Of a DNA stretch of 64,000 nt, positions 46,472-56,110 are shown piece after piece. The DNA comes from an uncultured Spirochaetales bacterium (lineage in GTDB: Bacteria; Spirochaetota; Spirochaetia; DAHUYW01). Each line of letters begins with the position of its first letter. The first letter of the stretch is position 1. Position numbers and translations under genes: made by a program. The stretch covers positions 1,253 through 65,252 of the forward strand of contig CAZDMH010000022.1 of the NCBI GenBank assembly GCA_964506755.1, written 5' to 3'. Below the pieces are notes generated by a model. It worked only from the letters and a program-made list of their open reading frames with translations, did not search any database and was not told the DNA's origin.

Positions 46472-46565
46472 GATTTGAACGTGGAAAAGACGCGAACGGA
46501 GGCGATCCCATCCTCGTGTCGCGCCCTCGAAGAGGGCCATTTCTACGCTCCTAAGAGGAGAAAGG

Positions 46566-47519
46566 TTGGGAAAGAGCTTAACCATCGTTCTTGAGGATCA
46601 AAAGACCCTGAGTGATCTTTGCGGGGTAAACGATAGAAATCTGCGTACAATTTCCGACATGCTCGATGCTCAGGTCTACAGCCGCGGAAACGAGATCCTT
46701 CTTGACTCGACAGACCTGGATAAACGAGAGTCGTTCAGACGGATCGTCGAGCAGCTCAAAGACTACTCCGCAGAGGGGTATGTACCCGGGCCGGAGCTCA
46801 TCAAGGCCGTATACCTTTCGATAATCGATGCGAACAGTGCAGGCGGCGAAGAAAGCAACAGGAATGCAGAGATCGTTATTCCCGGCAGTGGACGAGTCTT
46901 CCCGAGATCGCCCAATCAGGCCAACTACATTCGCGGCATGGAAGCGTGCGACATCATCATCGGAATCGGTCCGGCGGGAACCGGAAAGACCCACCTCGCA
47001 GTGGCCCACGCTCTGCGGGAGATTCTCTCGAAACGGATGAAGAAGCTCATTCTGACGCGTCCCGTAGTAGAGGCGGGAGAGAGTCTCGGCTTCCTTCCCG
47101 GGGATCTAACACAGAAGGTCAGTCCCTATCTCAGGCCGCTCTATGACGCCATGGACTCACTGGTGCCCATTGACACGGTAACAAAATTGGAGGAAAACCG
47201 GATTATCGAGATTGCACCCCTTGCCTACATGCGTGGACGAAGCCTCAACAATTGCTACATAATTCTCGACGAGGCACAAAATACCACGCGGGAGCAAATG
47301 AAGATGTTCTTGACGCGGCTCGGCGAAGGGTCGAAAGCGGTCATTACCGGCGATATCACTCAGATCGATCTGCCCCGCAAGGAGCATTCCGGGCTCACGC
47401 ACGCGATGAAGATCCTCCGGTCGATTGAGGAGATCCATTTCACCTTTTTCGATGCCGGCGACGTAGTAAGGAACCCGCTCGTCAAGAAGATAATCCACGC
47501 ATATGAAAGCGACACTTAA
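46566..47519 (+). CDS. phoH: PhoH-family ATPase (PhoH/YbeZ)
   Basis: 317 aa with Walker A GPAGTGKTHLAVAHAL and Walker B IILDEAQN. It starts at TTG after AGAGGAG. Confidence 0.93.
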   Translation: MGKSLTIVLEDQKTLSDLCGVNDRNLRTISDMLDAQVYSRGNEILLDSTDLDKRESFRRIVEQLKDYSAEGYVPGPELIKAVYLSIIDANSAGGEESNRNAEIVIPGSGRVFPRSPNQANYIRGMEACDIIIGIGPAGTGKTHLAVAHALREILSKRMKKLILTRPVVEAGESLGFLPGDLTQKVSPYLRPLYDAMDSLVPIDTVTKLEENRIIEIAPLAYMRGRSLNNCYIILDEAQNTTREQMKMFLTRLGEGSKAVITGDITQIDLPRKEHSGLTHAMKILRSIEEIHFTFFDAGDVVRNPLVKKIIHAYESDT

Positions 47520-49728
47520 CCCACCTCGTTTTCTCGAGCATCTGCGCATCGGACCGCAGAATCGAAAGACGGCCGTGGTCATCCTTCTGTCCTATCTCCT
47601 CATCTCGGCGATCCTGATTCTGTCCAACCACTTGGGCTCGCTCACGGGGCGGGTCAACCCGGCCGATTTCGAGGTGGGACAGGTGGCGGGGCGCGATTTG
47701 ATCAGTGACAGGAATCTCGTCTATACCGATACGCAGGCGACCAAAGAGCGCGCAGATCAGGCTGCATCGGAGGTACCTCCGGTTTTCCAGGTCGACACCT
47801 CGGTGAGAAACGCATCGACCGGTGCATTCAACGACTTCGCAGAGCTGGTAACCAAGCTCTACACCGCTCACGATTCATCGAAGGACGCATACCAAAGGAT
47901 CAACTCCCAGTTTTCCGGAACCTTTTCTGCTACCGACATCAAGACGATCATGGGAAGCCCGAACCTCCTCACAACCATCTCGATTGCTGCAAACAACCTT
48001 ACGACGCTCATGAGCGACGGAATCGTGGGGAATCAAGCGAAGGATTTCGGAAAATCGCCGGGGTCGATAAAGATCGTCCGGACCTCGAGCAATACGCGAA
48101 GTGCGACCGTCATCCCCGTCAAGGACGTCGTTACGATGGGCACTCTCCCGGACTACCTTACCAACGAGCTGAGCTCGGGCGGGCTTGATGCGGCGAGCAT
48201 CGGAACGGTCGTTCTCCTCGTGAAGTCGTTCGCCCGCGAGGACGCGTTCTATGACTATGCGGCGACACAGGCGAGCCGCAAGCAGGCGCGCCAGAGTGTC
48301 GAACCGGTCGTCCAACGAATAGCCAAAGGTGAGAAGGTCCTCAAGAAAGGATTCGTCATCACCGCCGCCGATATGGACAAGATCCGTGCACTCGCGAGCT
48401 CTTCGAAGAGCTTCGGTTCCAAGAGCCTTATCGGGACAGTGCTGCTCATTCTCGTGATCTATGCGCTCGCGATGACTCTCCTCAACCGACGGGTCATCCG
48501 CAGACGCATTCAAGAGAAATACATCTACCTGCTTATCGGTCTTGCGGTGTTCTACGTTGCCGCCACAGCTGCTCTCACGCACACCTCCCTCATCGCCGAG
48601 TGGCTCCCGTACGCCGTGATTCTTCCAACGGCACTTGTCGCGATGATCGTTACGATCCTCATCGACACGCATGTGGGAGTGATGTTCTCGCTGCTCATCT
48701 CGCTGACCCTCTTTGCGGTCAGCAGTCTGACACCGTTTTCGTTCCTCTTCGCGTTTCTCTCAGGTGTGACGAGCACCTTCGTTGTGGCGGGGGCCGAACG
48801 CCGAATAGATCTCATACGTGCGAGCGTAGAGATTGCGCTGGCAAACAGCCTGCTTCTCGTCGTGTTCGGATTCACGATGAACTACGAGTTCTCGTGGTTC
48901 CTGATAGCGATAGGGTGGGGGGCGTTGAACGGATTTCTCTGCGGCATTCTGAACCTCGGGTTGCTTCCGATTTTCGAGCACGTTCTCAATGCCCCAACCC
49001 CGTTCAGGCTCATGGAGCTTTCCGACATGAACAGCCCCATGCTCAAGCGTATGCTGACGCTGGCCCCGGGCACCTACGGCCATTCGGTGAGCGTCGCCAA
49101 CCTTGCAGAGAGCGCCTGCAGAGCGATCGGCGCCAACGCATTGCTCGCCCGAGTCGGGGCCTACTACCACGACATCGGCAAGATCGATCAATCGGAATAC
49201 TTCATCGAAAACCAGACCTCCGGCAACGTTCACGACGAGCTCAAACCGAGCCTCTCCGTGGCTGTCATCAAGTCGCACGTCAAGATCGGCATCGAACGAG
49301 CCAAGGAGCTCGGGCTTCCGCGAGAGGTCATAGACATCATTGCGCAGCACCACGGGAGCGGCCTCATCAGCTACTTCTATATCCAGGCGCTGAAGAGCGA
49401 GAAGGACTCGAAGGTTCAACCCGAGGACTTCTCCTACTCAGGCGTGCCGCCGACCTCTCGGGAGGCGGCAGTCGTCATGCTGGCCGACACCATCGAGGCG
49501 GCTTCACGCACATTGAAGAAACCGACCGCCGCCAAGCTGGAGCGGTTCATCTGGACGAGCATCATCGATCGTTTCACCTCCGGCCAGATGAACGACAGCG
49601 ATCTGACCTTTCGCGATCTCGAAATCATCAAGAAGACCTTTCTCCAGATTCTCGCCGGCCATTTCCACTCGCGGATCGAATATCCCGACAAACCCGACAA
49701 ACCCGATAGGAAAGAGGCTATTAAGTGA
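47503..49728 (+). CDS. 7TM-HD membrane phosphohydrolase (PgpH/YqfF family, HDIG)
   Basis: 741 aa with a large extracytoplasmic N-domain, a 7-TM block and a C-terminal HD domain (HSVSVANLAE, YYHDIGK). It overlaps phoH by 17 nt. Confidence 0.9.
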   Translation: MKATLNPPRFLEHLRIGPQNRKTAVVILLSYLLISAILILSNHLGSLTGRVNPADFEVGQVAGRDLISDRNLVYTDTQATKERADQAASEVPPVFQVDTSVRNASTGAFNDFAELVTKLYTAHDSSKDAYQRINSQFSGTFSATDIKTIMGSPNLLTTISIAANNLTTLMSDGIVGNQAKDFGKSPGSIKIVRTSSNTRSATVIPVKDVVTMGTLPDYLTNELSSGGLDAASIGTVVLLVKSFAREDAFYDYAATQASRKQARQSVEPVVQRIAKGEKVLKKGFVITAADMDKIRALASSSKSFGSKSLIGTVLLILVIYALAMTLLNRRVIRRRIQEKYIYLLIGLAVFYVAATAALTHTSLIAEWLPYAVILPTALVAMIVTILIDTHVGVMFSLLISLTLFAVSSLTPFSFLFAFLSGVTSTFVVAGAERRIDLIRASVEIALANSLLLVVFGFTMNYEFSWFLIAIGWGALNGFLCGILNLGLLPIFEHVLNAPTPFRLMELSDMNSPMLKRMLTLAPGTYGHSVSVANLAESACRAIGANALLARVGAYYHDIGKIDQSEYFIENQTSGNVHDELKPSLSVAVIKSHVKIGIERAKELGLPREVIDIIAQHHGSGLISYFYIQALKSEKDSKVQPEDFSYSGVPPTSREAAVVMLADTIEAASRTLKKPTAAKLERFIWTSIIDRFTSGQMNDSDLTFRDLEIIKKTFLQILAGHFHSRIEYPDKPDKPDRKEAIK

Positions 49729-50174
49729 GCTCGGTGGCCGTGAGCGCAGAAGGAATTGATTTGCCTACCTGGAGTGGACGGTGTAAGATTTTCACTCAGA
49801 AGGTGCTCGACTCGGTCACGAAGCACTCCCACGAAGTCTCGGTCGTTTTCTGCAGCGACCGCTTCATCAAGGACCTGAACCGGGACTATCGAGGGAAGGA
49901 CGAAGCGACGGACGTCCTGAGCTTTCCGCAGTACGACGGTGGCGAGCAGTGGCCGAAGAAGGGTCTTGCCGGAGATATCGTCATTTCACTCGACGCCGCA
50001 GCCGAGAATGCGCGCGAGTTCGGCGTCGATTTCGAGGAGGAGATCAAGCGGCTCATCGTTCATGGAGTGCTGCACCTCCTCGGGTGGGATCATTCGGACA
50101 ACTCGCCGGAGCAAGAGATGCTCGCGCTCCAGGAGAAGATACTCGTAGATCTAATGGGGGAACGACTGCTGTGA
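49725..50174 (+). CDS. ybeY: rRNA maturation endoribonuclease YbeY
   Basis: 149 aa with the zinc motif HGVLHLLGWDH. A GTGA overlap links it to the upstream gene. Confidence 0.93.
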   Translation: MSSVAVSAEGIDLPTWSGRCKIFTQKVLDSVTKHSHEVSVVFCSDRFIKDLNRDYRGKDEATDVLSFPQYDGGEQWPKKGLAGDIVISLDAAAENAREFGVDFEEEIKRLIVHGVLHLLGWDHSDNSPEQEMLALQEKILVDLMGERLL

Positions 50175-50974
50175 AAAAGACACGCTTTCTGGGGAAAATC
50201 CTCGGAAAGAGAGCTGCCGATGAACGCGGAGGCAAATTCGACAACCTGAATCTCGAGGAAAAGGACATGATCCGCGGGATCGTCGAGCTCTCCGATACGA
50301 GCGTCAAGGAGGTCATCGTTCCCAGGATTGACGTCGTCTTCATTTCGGTGACGACCCCGACACAAGAGCTGCTCGACACGGTTACTGAGTGCGGCCATTC
50401 ACGCTATCCGGTCTACGAGGAGACAATCGACAACGTGATCGGCGTCCTCTACGTGAAGGACATCCTGATAAACGTGATGAAGGGACAGGAGATCAAGGTC
50501 GCCGAGATCATCCGAAAGCCCTTCTTCGTTCCGGAGAGCAAGAAGCTCGATTCATTGCTTCGTGAGTTCAAACGCCGCAAGGTCCACATCGCGGTCGCCG
50601 TCGACGAATATGGAGGAGTTTCCGGCATCGTCTGCCTCGAGGACATCATCGAGGAGATCGTCGGCGAGATACAGGATGAGTTCGACAACGAGGAAGAAGA
50701 TATCCTCAGGATCGGCGACGGGGTCTATCTCTGTGACGCGCGCATCGACATCGGCGACCTCAACGAGCAGACGAATCTCCATCTTCCCGACGAGGATTTT
50801 GACACCCTCGGGGGATTCGTGTTCGACCTCTTCGGCAAAATCCCGGTCAAATACGAAAAGGTCACCTACGACAACATCGATTTCATCATACAGGAAATGG
50901 AAGGTCACAAAATCAAGACCGTGAAGATCGTGACAAAGCAGAACGCCGAAGGCAAAGAGACCCAAGCCTCGTGA
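50171..50974 (+). CDS. corC: CBS-pair + CorC/HlyC C-terminal domain protein (CorC/YbeX-like)
   Basis: GTG 50171 overlaps the ybeY stop (GTGA). It has two CBS motifs, followed by the transporter-associated domain (GDGVYLCDARIDIGDLNE...). The track ORF 49949 start is out of context. Confidence 0.9.
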   Translation: MKKTRFLGKILGKRAADERGGKFDNLNLEEKDMIRGIVELSDTSVKEVIVPRIDVVFISVTTPTQELLDTVTECGHSRYPVYEETIDNVIGVLYVKDILINVMKGQEIKVAEIIRKPFFVPESKKLDSLLREFKRRKVHIAVAVDEYGGVSGIVCLEDIIEEIVGEIQDEFDNEEEDILRIGDGVYLCDARIDIGDLNEQTNLHLPDEDFDTLGGFVFDLFGKIPVKYEKVTYDNIDFIIQEMEGHKIKTVKIVTKQNAEGKETQAS

Positions 50975-52947
50975 AACGACTGTTTCTCCTCGTTCTCGCG
51001 ACAACTCTCTCGGCATCTACTCTTGCCGCACAGTCCAACGAGCCCGTTACCTCGATCTATCAGCAGGGAAGGCAGGCCCAGCTCGGGGGCAACAACTACA
51101 GGGCCATCGAGCTCTACAAGGCAGCCATTGAGCGCAATCCCTCCTACGCCCAGCCCATCACCGGCCTTGCGGAGACCTACTTCGCCCTGGGAGAGTTCTC
51201 CGAGGCTCTGCGATACGTCCAACGGGCCGAGAAGCTGGATCGGATGAATATGGAACTGGTTAACCTGGAAGGCAGGATCCGAATCGGCCTCGGCGAGCTC
51301 GGCGAAGCGAAGAAGCTTTTCGAGCGGGTCCTGCAATCTGAGCCGAATAACGTTCAATCCAAGTTCGGGCTCGCCGAGTTGAGCATAGCCGCAGGCGAGC
51401 CGAAGAGCGCCGCGGCGAGCTTCGAGAACGCCTTGAGCATCGCCCCGGAGAACAAGCGCGCACTCCTGTCCCTCGTCCTGCTCTATGACTCCCTCGGAGA
51501 GCTCTCGAGGGCCGAACGCTATGCACAGATGGCGCTCCAGTATCATCCCGACGACGCCCAAGTGCACTACGTTGCCGCCCGTCACTACCTCCAAGCTGCC
51601 GACTACGGCGAGGCACAGAAGCAGGACGAGACCGCCCTCTCGCTGCGTCCGGGCGGCGTCAATGAGACACTCTTGTTGAGCGAGATCTACTTGCGTACGG
51701 ACCAATACGACAAGGTCGTGCCTCTGATCGAGGGGATTCTCTCGAAAAACAGCGGCGACTACCTTCTCTGGTACTCGCTCGGTCTCGCCTACGAGAAGCT
51801 CGGTAAGGTGGACAACAGCATACAGAGCTTCGCCAGGGCCTTTTCAGTCCGACCGGATGACGAGGTCTCGCGAATCGCCCTCGAGAACGAGCTCGTTACC
51901 AAGACCGACATCAAGGACCCGCGGAGAGCGAGGTTCGCCCAGTACCATTTCGACCAGGGCACCGCCTACGAACAGCGCAACTACACCGACCGCGCGCTTC
52001 GGGAGTTTCGCCGCGGTCTGAAGATCGATCCCTATTCCATGCACGGCCGTGTACTCTACGCCGATGTCTTCAACAAAGAGGGATACCCCGCGAAGTATCT
52101 CTCGGAGCTAAATGTGCTCAAGAAGATCGGGAAGACGAACACCGATATAACCGACCAGATCGAGATCGAAACGAACTTGCTGCAGGACAGCGTGAGCAAC
52201 ACGTGGGGAGTACAGCAGTTCACGCTTCAGAGGGAACCCTACGACGTCTCCGTCTTCTACACGACGAACGGCGACATGATTCACTACCTGGCTCAGGGCG
52301 TGCTCGCAGGCTACCTGAAGGATCTTCTGGTTAGCTATGAGAACATTTCGATCGACGGTGAACCCGCGGAGGCGAAGAGCTTCGCAGACGCGTTCCGCAC
52401 GGCACGTGAGGCGGGAACGGACTACTTCGTCATCCTGAACTTCAACGAATCCGAGCGCTACTTCCGCGCTACTGCAGACCTCTATGTCTCGTTGACGGGC
52501 ACGAAAATCGACAGCGAGCAGTCATACCGGACGGGCAACAACCGGGTAACCGACGCCCTTGCGAACGTCGCGCAGGGTTTGCACGGCATTCTTCCTCTTC
52601 GCGGGAGACTGCTTCAGCGGAAGTTCGATTCAGGGCTCATCGATCTCGGCAAGATAGACGGCGTAAAGACAGGAGACAAGCTGCTCATCGTCAAGAATGG
52701 CACCATGACGATCGCTCGAGACCGAATCGGCTTCGACTACACCCCCGACGCGGTCATCGGATCGTTCGAGGTCACAAAAACCGACGCCCTCGTCAGCGAG
52801 GGCACGGTAACCAAGAACCAGTTCTTCGATCTCATCAATCCGGAGGATTGGGTGATCTTCCCGCCTCCGAAAAACGAGCAGCCAAACACGACGGTCCCGC
52901 CTCCCGGCGAGCTCTACCGGAATTTCCTGAAGATTCCGAGTGACTGA
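50971..52947 (+). CDS. Secreted TPR-repeat protein with a non-TPR C-terminal half (hypothetical)
   Basis: 658 aa with a signal peptide (MKRLFLLVLATTLSASTLAAQ) and about 7 TPR units in the N-terminal half. A GTGA overlap links it to corC. Confidence 0.75.
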   Translation: MKRLFLLVLATTLSASTLAAQSNEPVTSIYQQGRQAQLGGNNYRAIELYKAAIERNPSYAQPITGLAETYFALGEFSEALRYVQRAEKLDRMNMELVNLEGRIRIGLGELGEAKKLFERVLQSEPNNVQSKFGLAELSIAAGEPKSAAASFENALSIAPENKRALLSLVLLYDSLGELSRAERYAQMALQYHPDDAQVHYVAARHYLQAADYGEAQKQDETALSLRPGGVNETLLLSEIYLRTDQYDKVVPLIEGILSKNSGDYLLWYSLGLAYEKLGKVDNSIQSFARAFSVRPDDEVSRIALENELVTKTDIKDPRRARFAQYHFDQGTAYEQRNYTDRALREFRRGLKIDPYSMHGRVLYADVFNKEGYPAKYLSELNVLKKIGKTNTDITDQIEIETNLLQDSVSNTWGVQQFTLQREPYDVSVFYTTNGDMIHYLAQGVLAGYLKDLLVSYENISIDGEPAEAKSFADAFRTAREAGTDYFVILNFNESERYFRATADLYVSLTGTKIDSEQSYRTGNNRVTDALANVAQGLHGILPLRGRLLQRKFDSGLIDLGKIDGVKTGDKLLIVKNGTMTIARDRIGFDYTPDAVIGSFEVTKTDALVSEGTVTKNQFFDLINPEDWVIFPPPKNEQPNTTVPPPGELYRNFLKIPSD

Positions 52948-52963
52948 GCGGCGCGTCGATCCG

Positions 52964-53003
52964 GTCAATTCGAATTGACACTTGAGCAGACCATGGGTAT
53001 AGT
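52964..53003 (+). promoter_or_regulatory. Near-consensus promoter for pgk with a 16-bp perfect palindrome over the -35
   Basis: TTGACA (52975..52980), 17 nt, TATAGT (52998..53003). The palindrome GTCAATTCGAATTGAC spans 52964..52979. Confidence 0.6.
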
Positions 53004-53109
53004 CCTACGAGGTAGACGCACACTCGCCCAATTCCGTCATTTCAATCCTGTTGCTCCAACGGTCACGAGCTTGAATCGGCAACGGGAGTACTGTTATAAG
53101 GGGTAGACT

Positions 53110-54291
53110 ATGGCCATCAAGACACTGAACGACCTTATGCTCGACAACAAGCGGGTGTTGGTCCGCGTCGATTTTAACGTCCCCATAAAAGACGGTAGGA
53201 TTAGCGATGACACGCGAATCCGCGCTTCATTGCCGACGCTCGAGTACATCCTCAGCAAACCCGGCACGAGACTCATCGTCATGAGCCATCTCGGACGCCC
53301 GAAGGGGCAGGCGTTGCCCGAGTTCAGCCTGAGACCTGTTGCCGACCGGCTCGGCGAGCTCCTCGGTAAAAAGGTTATCATGGCGGAGGACTGTGTCGGA
53401 GCGAAGGTCGAAGAGCAGGCAACCAGGCTCGGGGCGGGGGAGATCCTCCTCCTCGAGAACGTTCGCTTTCACTCAGAAGAGGAGAAGAACGATCCGGCTT
53501 TTGCCGAGTCACTCGCAAAACTCGGCGAGGTCTACGTCAACGACGCGTTCGGCAGCGCGCACCGTGCGCATGCCTCCACCGAAGGGGTTGCCCACCTTCT
53601 GCCGTCGGCGGCAGGATTCCTGATCGAGAAAGAGGTGAAGTTCCTCGGCGGCGTGCTCGAAAACCCGGCCAAGCCCTTCGTAGCGATCATCGGCGGCGCG
53701 AAGGTGTCGACGAAGATCGCAGTGTTGGAATCTCTGCTCTCCAAGTGCTCGACGCTCATTATCGGCGGAGGAATGGCCTACACCTTTCTGAAGGTCCAGG
53801 GACACACGATCGGCAACTCCTTGGTAGAAACCGAGTTCGAAGATACGGCTCGTTCGCTGCTCGAGAAGGCCGAGACTGCGGGGGTCGAGATCATCCTCCC
53901 TGTCGACCACGTCGTGGCGGCCGAATTCTCTGAAAATGCGAAACCCGAACAGGTGGGAGAGGTCGATATTCCCGCGGGCAAGATCGGAATGGACGTCGGT
54001 CCGGCGACCCTGGCGAAGCTGCGCGACCGAATTCTTGCGGCCAAGTCGCTGGTCTGGAACGGTCCCATGGGGGTGTTCGAGTTCGATGCGTTCGCGAAGG
54101 GCACCATTGAGGTCGCAAAGCTGGTAGCCGAGTGCAAGGGAGTAACGGTGGTCGGAGGCGGTGACAGCGTCGCAGCCGTCAACAAGTTCGGCGTCGCCGA
54201 CAAGATCGATCACGTTTCCACCGGTGGGGGGGCGTCGCTCGAGTTCCTCGAGGGTAAGCCGTTGCCGGGAATCGTCGCGTTGGAAAGGTAG
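53110..54291 (+). CDS. pgk: Phosphoglycerate kinase
   Basis: 393 aa with [27 protein letters not shown] and [13 protein letters not shown]. Confidence 0.96.
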   Translation: MAIKTLNDLMLDNKRVLVRVDFNVPIKDGRISDDTRIRASLPTLEYILSKPGTRLIVMSHLGRPKGQALPEFSLRPVADRLGELLGKKVIMAEDCVGAKVEEQATRLGAGEILLLENVRFHSEEEKNDPAFAESLAKLGEVYVNDAFGSAHRAHASTEGVAHLLPSAAGFLIEKEVKFLGGVLENPAKPFVAIIGGAKVSTKIAVLESLLSKCSTLIIGGGMAYTFLKVQGHTIGNSLVETEFEDTARSLLEKAETAGVEIILPVDHVVAAEFSENAKPEQVGEVDIPAGKIGMDVGPATLAKLRDRILAAKSLVWNGPMGVFEFDAFAKGTIEVAKLVAECKGVTVVGGGDSVAAVNKFGVADKIDHVSTGGGASLEFLEGKPLPGIVALER

Positions 54292-54293
54292 GT

Positions 54294-55052
54294 TTGAGAG
54301 TGAGAAGATACTATATCGCGGGAAACTGGAAGATGCACAAGACGGTGGGTGAAGCCGTCCAGCTTGCGTCGCAGCTCGTCACGGAGCTTCGCGGAGTCGA
54401 GCACAAATTGATGATAGCGCCGCCGTTCACGGCGCTCCAGTCGGTCGGGGAGGCCGTTCGGGGAACCAACATCTTCTTGGGGGCTCAGAACATGGCCTCC
54501 GAGGAGCAGGGAGCCCACACGGGTGAGGTATCCGTGCACATGTTGAAGGATCTCGGCGTGGCGACGGTGATCCTCGGGCACTCGGAACGTCGACATATCT
54601 ACGGGGAGGAAGACGGTCTGATCAACGCGAAGCTGCGCCTCGCTCTGAAGCACGGACTGGAGGTGATTCTCTGCGTCGGAGAGACTCTCGACGAGCGGGA
54701 AGCCGGGGAGGTAGACGAGGTCGTCCTGAGCCAGCTCGAAGAGGGGCTTCGTGACGTCTCGACGAACGAAATGGGTGCGGTTACAATAGCGTATGAACCG
54801 GTGTGGGCAATCGGCACCGGAAAGAACGCCACCCCCGAAGACGCGGAGGCGGTGCATAGGACGGTTCGGGAGAAGGTTGCGAACATCTATTCCCGGGCCG
54901 TGGCAGATGATCTCGTCATCCAATATGGCGGCTCGGTGAAACCGGAGAATGCCGCATCGCTGATGGCGATGGAGGACATCGACGGGGCGCTCGTCGGTGG
55001 GGCCTCGCTGAAAGCAGACTCTTTCGGCGCCATAGCGCGCTTTAGCTCATGA
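54294..55052 (+). CDS. tpiA: Triosephosphate isomerase
   Basis: IAGNWKMHK, LGHSERR and AYEPVWAIGTG. The start is TTG 54294 or GTG 54300. Confidence 0.95.
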   Translation: MRVRRYYIAGNWKMHKTVGEAVQLASQLVTELRGVEHKLMIAPPFTALQSVGEAVRGTNIFLGAQNMASEEQGAHTGEVSVHMLKDLGVATVILGHSERRHIYGEEDGLINAKLRLALKHGLEVILCVGETLDEREAGEVDEVVLSQLEEGLRDVSTNEMGAVTIAYEPVWAIGTGKNATPEDAEAVHRTVREKVANIYSRAVADDLVIQYGGSVKPENAASLMAMEDIDGALVGGASLKADSFGAIARFSS

Positions 55053-55072
55053 AGAACGATTAGGGACTAGAT

Positions 55073-55570
55073 ATGGGATTTTTAGGTATCGCACTTATTG
55101 TCATCTTTATCGCAACGTCGGTGCTTCTCGTCGGTGTTGTTCTCCTACAGGACGAGCAGGGCGAGGGGCTGGGCGGAATCTTCGGCGGAGGAAGCTCGAC
55201 GCCGTTCGGATCGCGGGGCGGTAATATCCTCACGCGCTTCACCTCGATATTGGGAGCCATCTTCCTGTTTTGCTCCTTCGGAATCGCGTGGGCGAACCGT
55301 TCGACACAGGCAGGCGACGTCCTCGCAGCGGCGAAGAAGGCACAGGCCAATCAGACCACGGACTGGTGGAATGCCTCGGTGAGCTCCAACCAGAATATTA
55401 CCCCAGGCTCGGGGACGAGCGCGGCACCGGCGACCGGACAGTCGAACGCACAGGCGGCGACCGGATCGGGAGCGGCGTCCGCTCCGTCGAGTTCGACCGG
55501 AGGGTCCGCCCAGTCGAATACTCCGGGGCAGTCACAAACCCAGCCGGCGACATCCGGTTCCGGGAGTTGA
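55073..55570 (+). CDS. secG: Preprotein translocase subunit SecG with a long low-complexity C-terminal extension
   Basis: The first ~76 aa fit SecG (two TM helices flanking LLQDEQGEGLGGIFGGGSSTPFGSRG). Residues ~77-165 are Ser/Gly/Ala/Thr/Gln-rich. Confidence 0.88.
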   Translation: MGFLGIALIVIFIATSVLLVGVVLLQDEQGEGLGGIFGGGSSTPFGSRGGNILTRFTSILGAIFLFCSFGIAWANRSTQAGDVLAAAKKAQANQTTDWWNASVSSNQNITPGSGTSAAPATGQSNAQAATGSGAASAPSSSTGGSAQSNTPGQSQTQPATSGSGS

Positions 55571-55628
55571 GGAGGCACCGGCCGCCCGGTTCGGCAGTCT
55601 CTGCATTTCGCTATCGAAGGGGGATCGG

Positions 55629-56042
55629 ATGAGAGTTGCGGCGGTGTTTTTCGCCGGCAAGAATCGAAATAAACTCCTCGATGTAACCAAAGCCCTTGCC
55701 CGGGGTTTAGAGTCGCAGGGGAACCAGGTTGATATCATCGACGGTGATCGTGACATCAACGCAAAGCTGACGATCTACGGGTACATTGCCGTGGGCACGT
55801 CGGCAATCAATACCTGGGGCGGAAAGATCCCGGAGAAGGTTGCCGCGTATCTGGCAAACGCGGGTATCGTCGCCGGCAAGAGAAGCTTCGCATACACGAT
55901 CACCGCCGGCATGAGAACTGGAAGAACCCTCTCGCGACTGATGCGTCAGATGGAGCAAGAGGGCATGTATCTGAAGTTTTCGGACATCCTTTCGTCTCCC
56001 GCAGAAGCGGAGGAAGTCGGAAAGCGGCTCCATCTATCTTGA
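55629..56042 (+). CDS. Hypothetical protein (alpha/beta, possibly flavodoxin-like fold)
   Basis: 137 aa, preceded by an AAGGGGG SD. Strand-helix alternation is visible (MRVAAVFFAGKN...) but no flavin-binding motif was recognised. Confidence 0.6.
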   Translation: MRVAAVFFAGKNRNKLLDVTKALARGLESQGNQVDIIDGDRDINAKLTIYGYIAVGTSAINTWGGKIPEKVAAYLANAGIVAGKRSFAYTITAGMRTGRTLSRLMRQMEQEGMYLKFSDILSSPAEAEEVGKRLHLS

Positions 56043-56110
56043 CGAGGACTCTTCTATGCCTCCAAGCCGGGTGTCGACCCGGAAAATCCCATGTATACTG
56101 TGAGTAAGCG

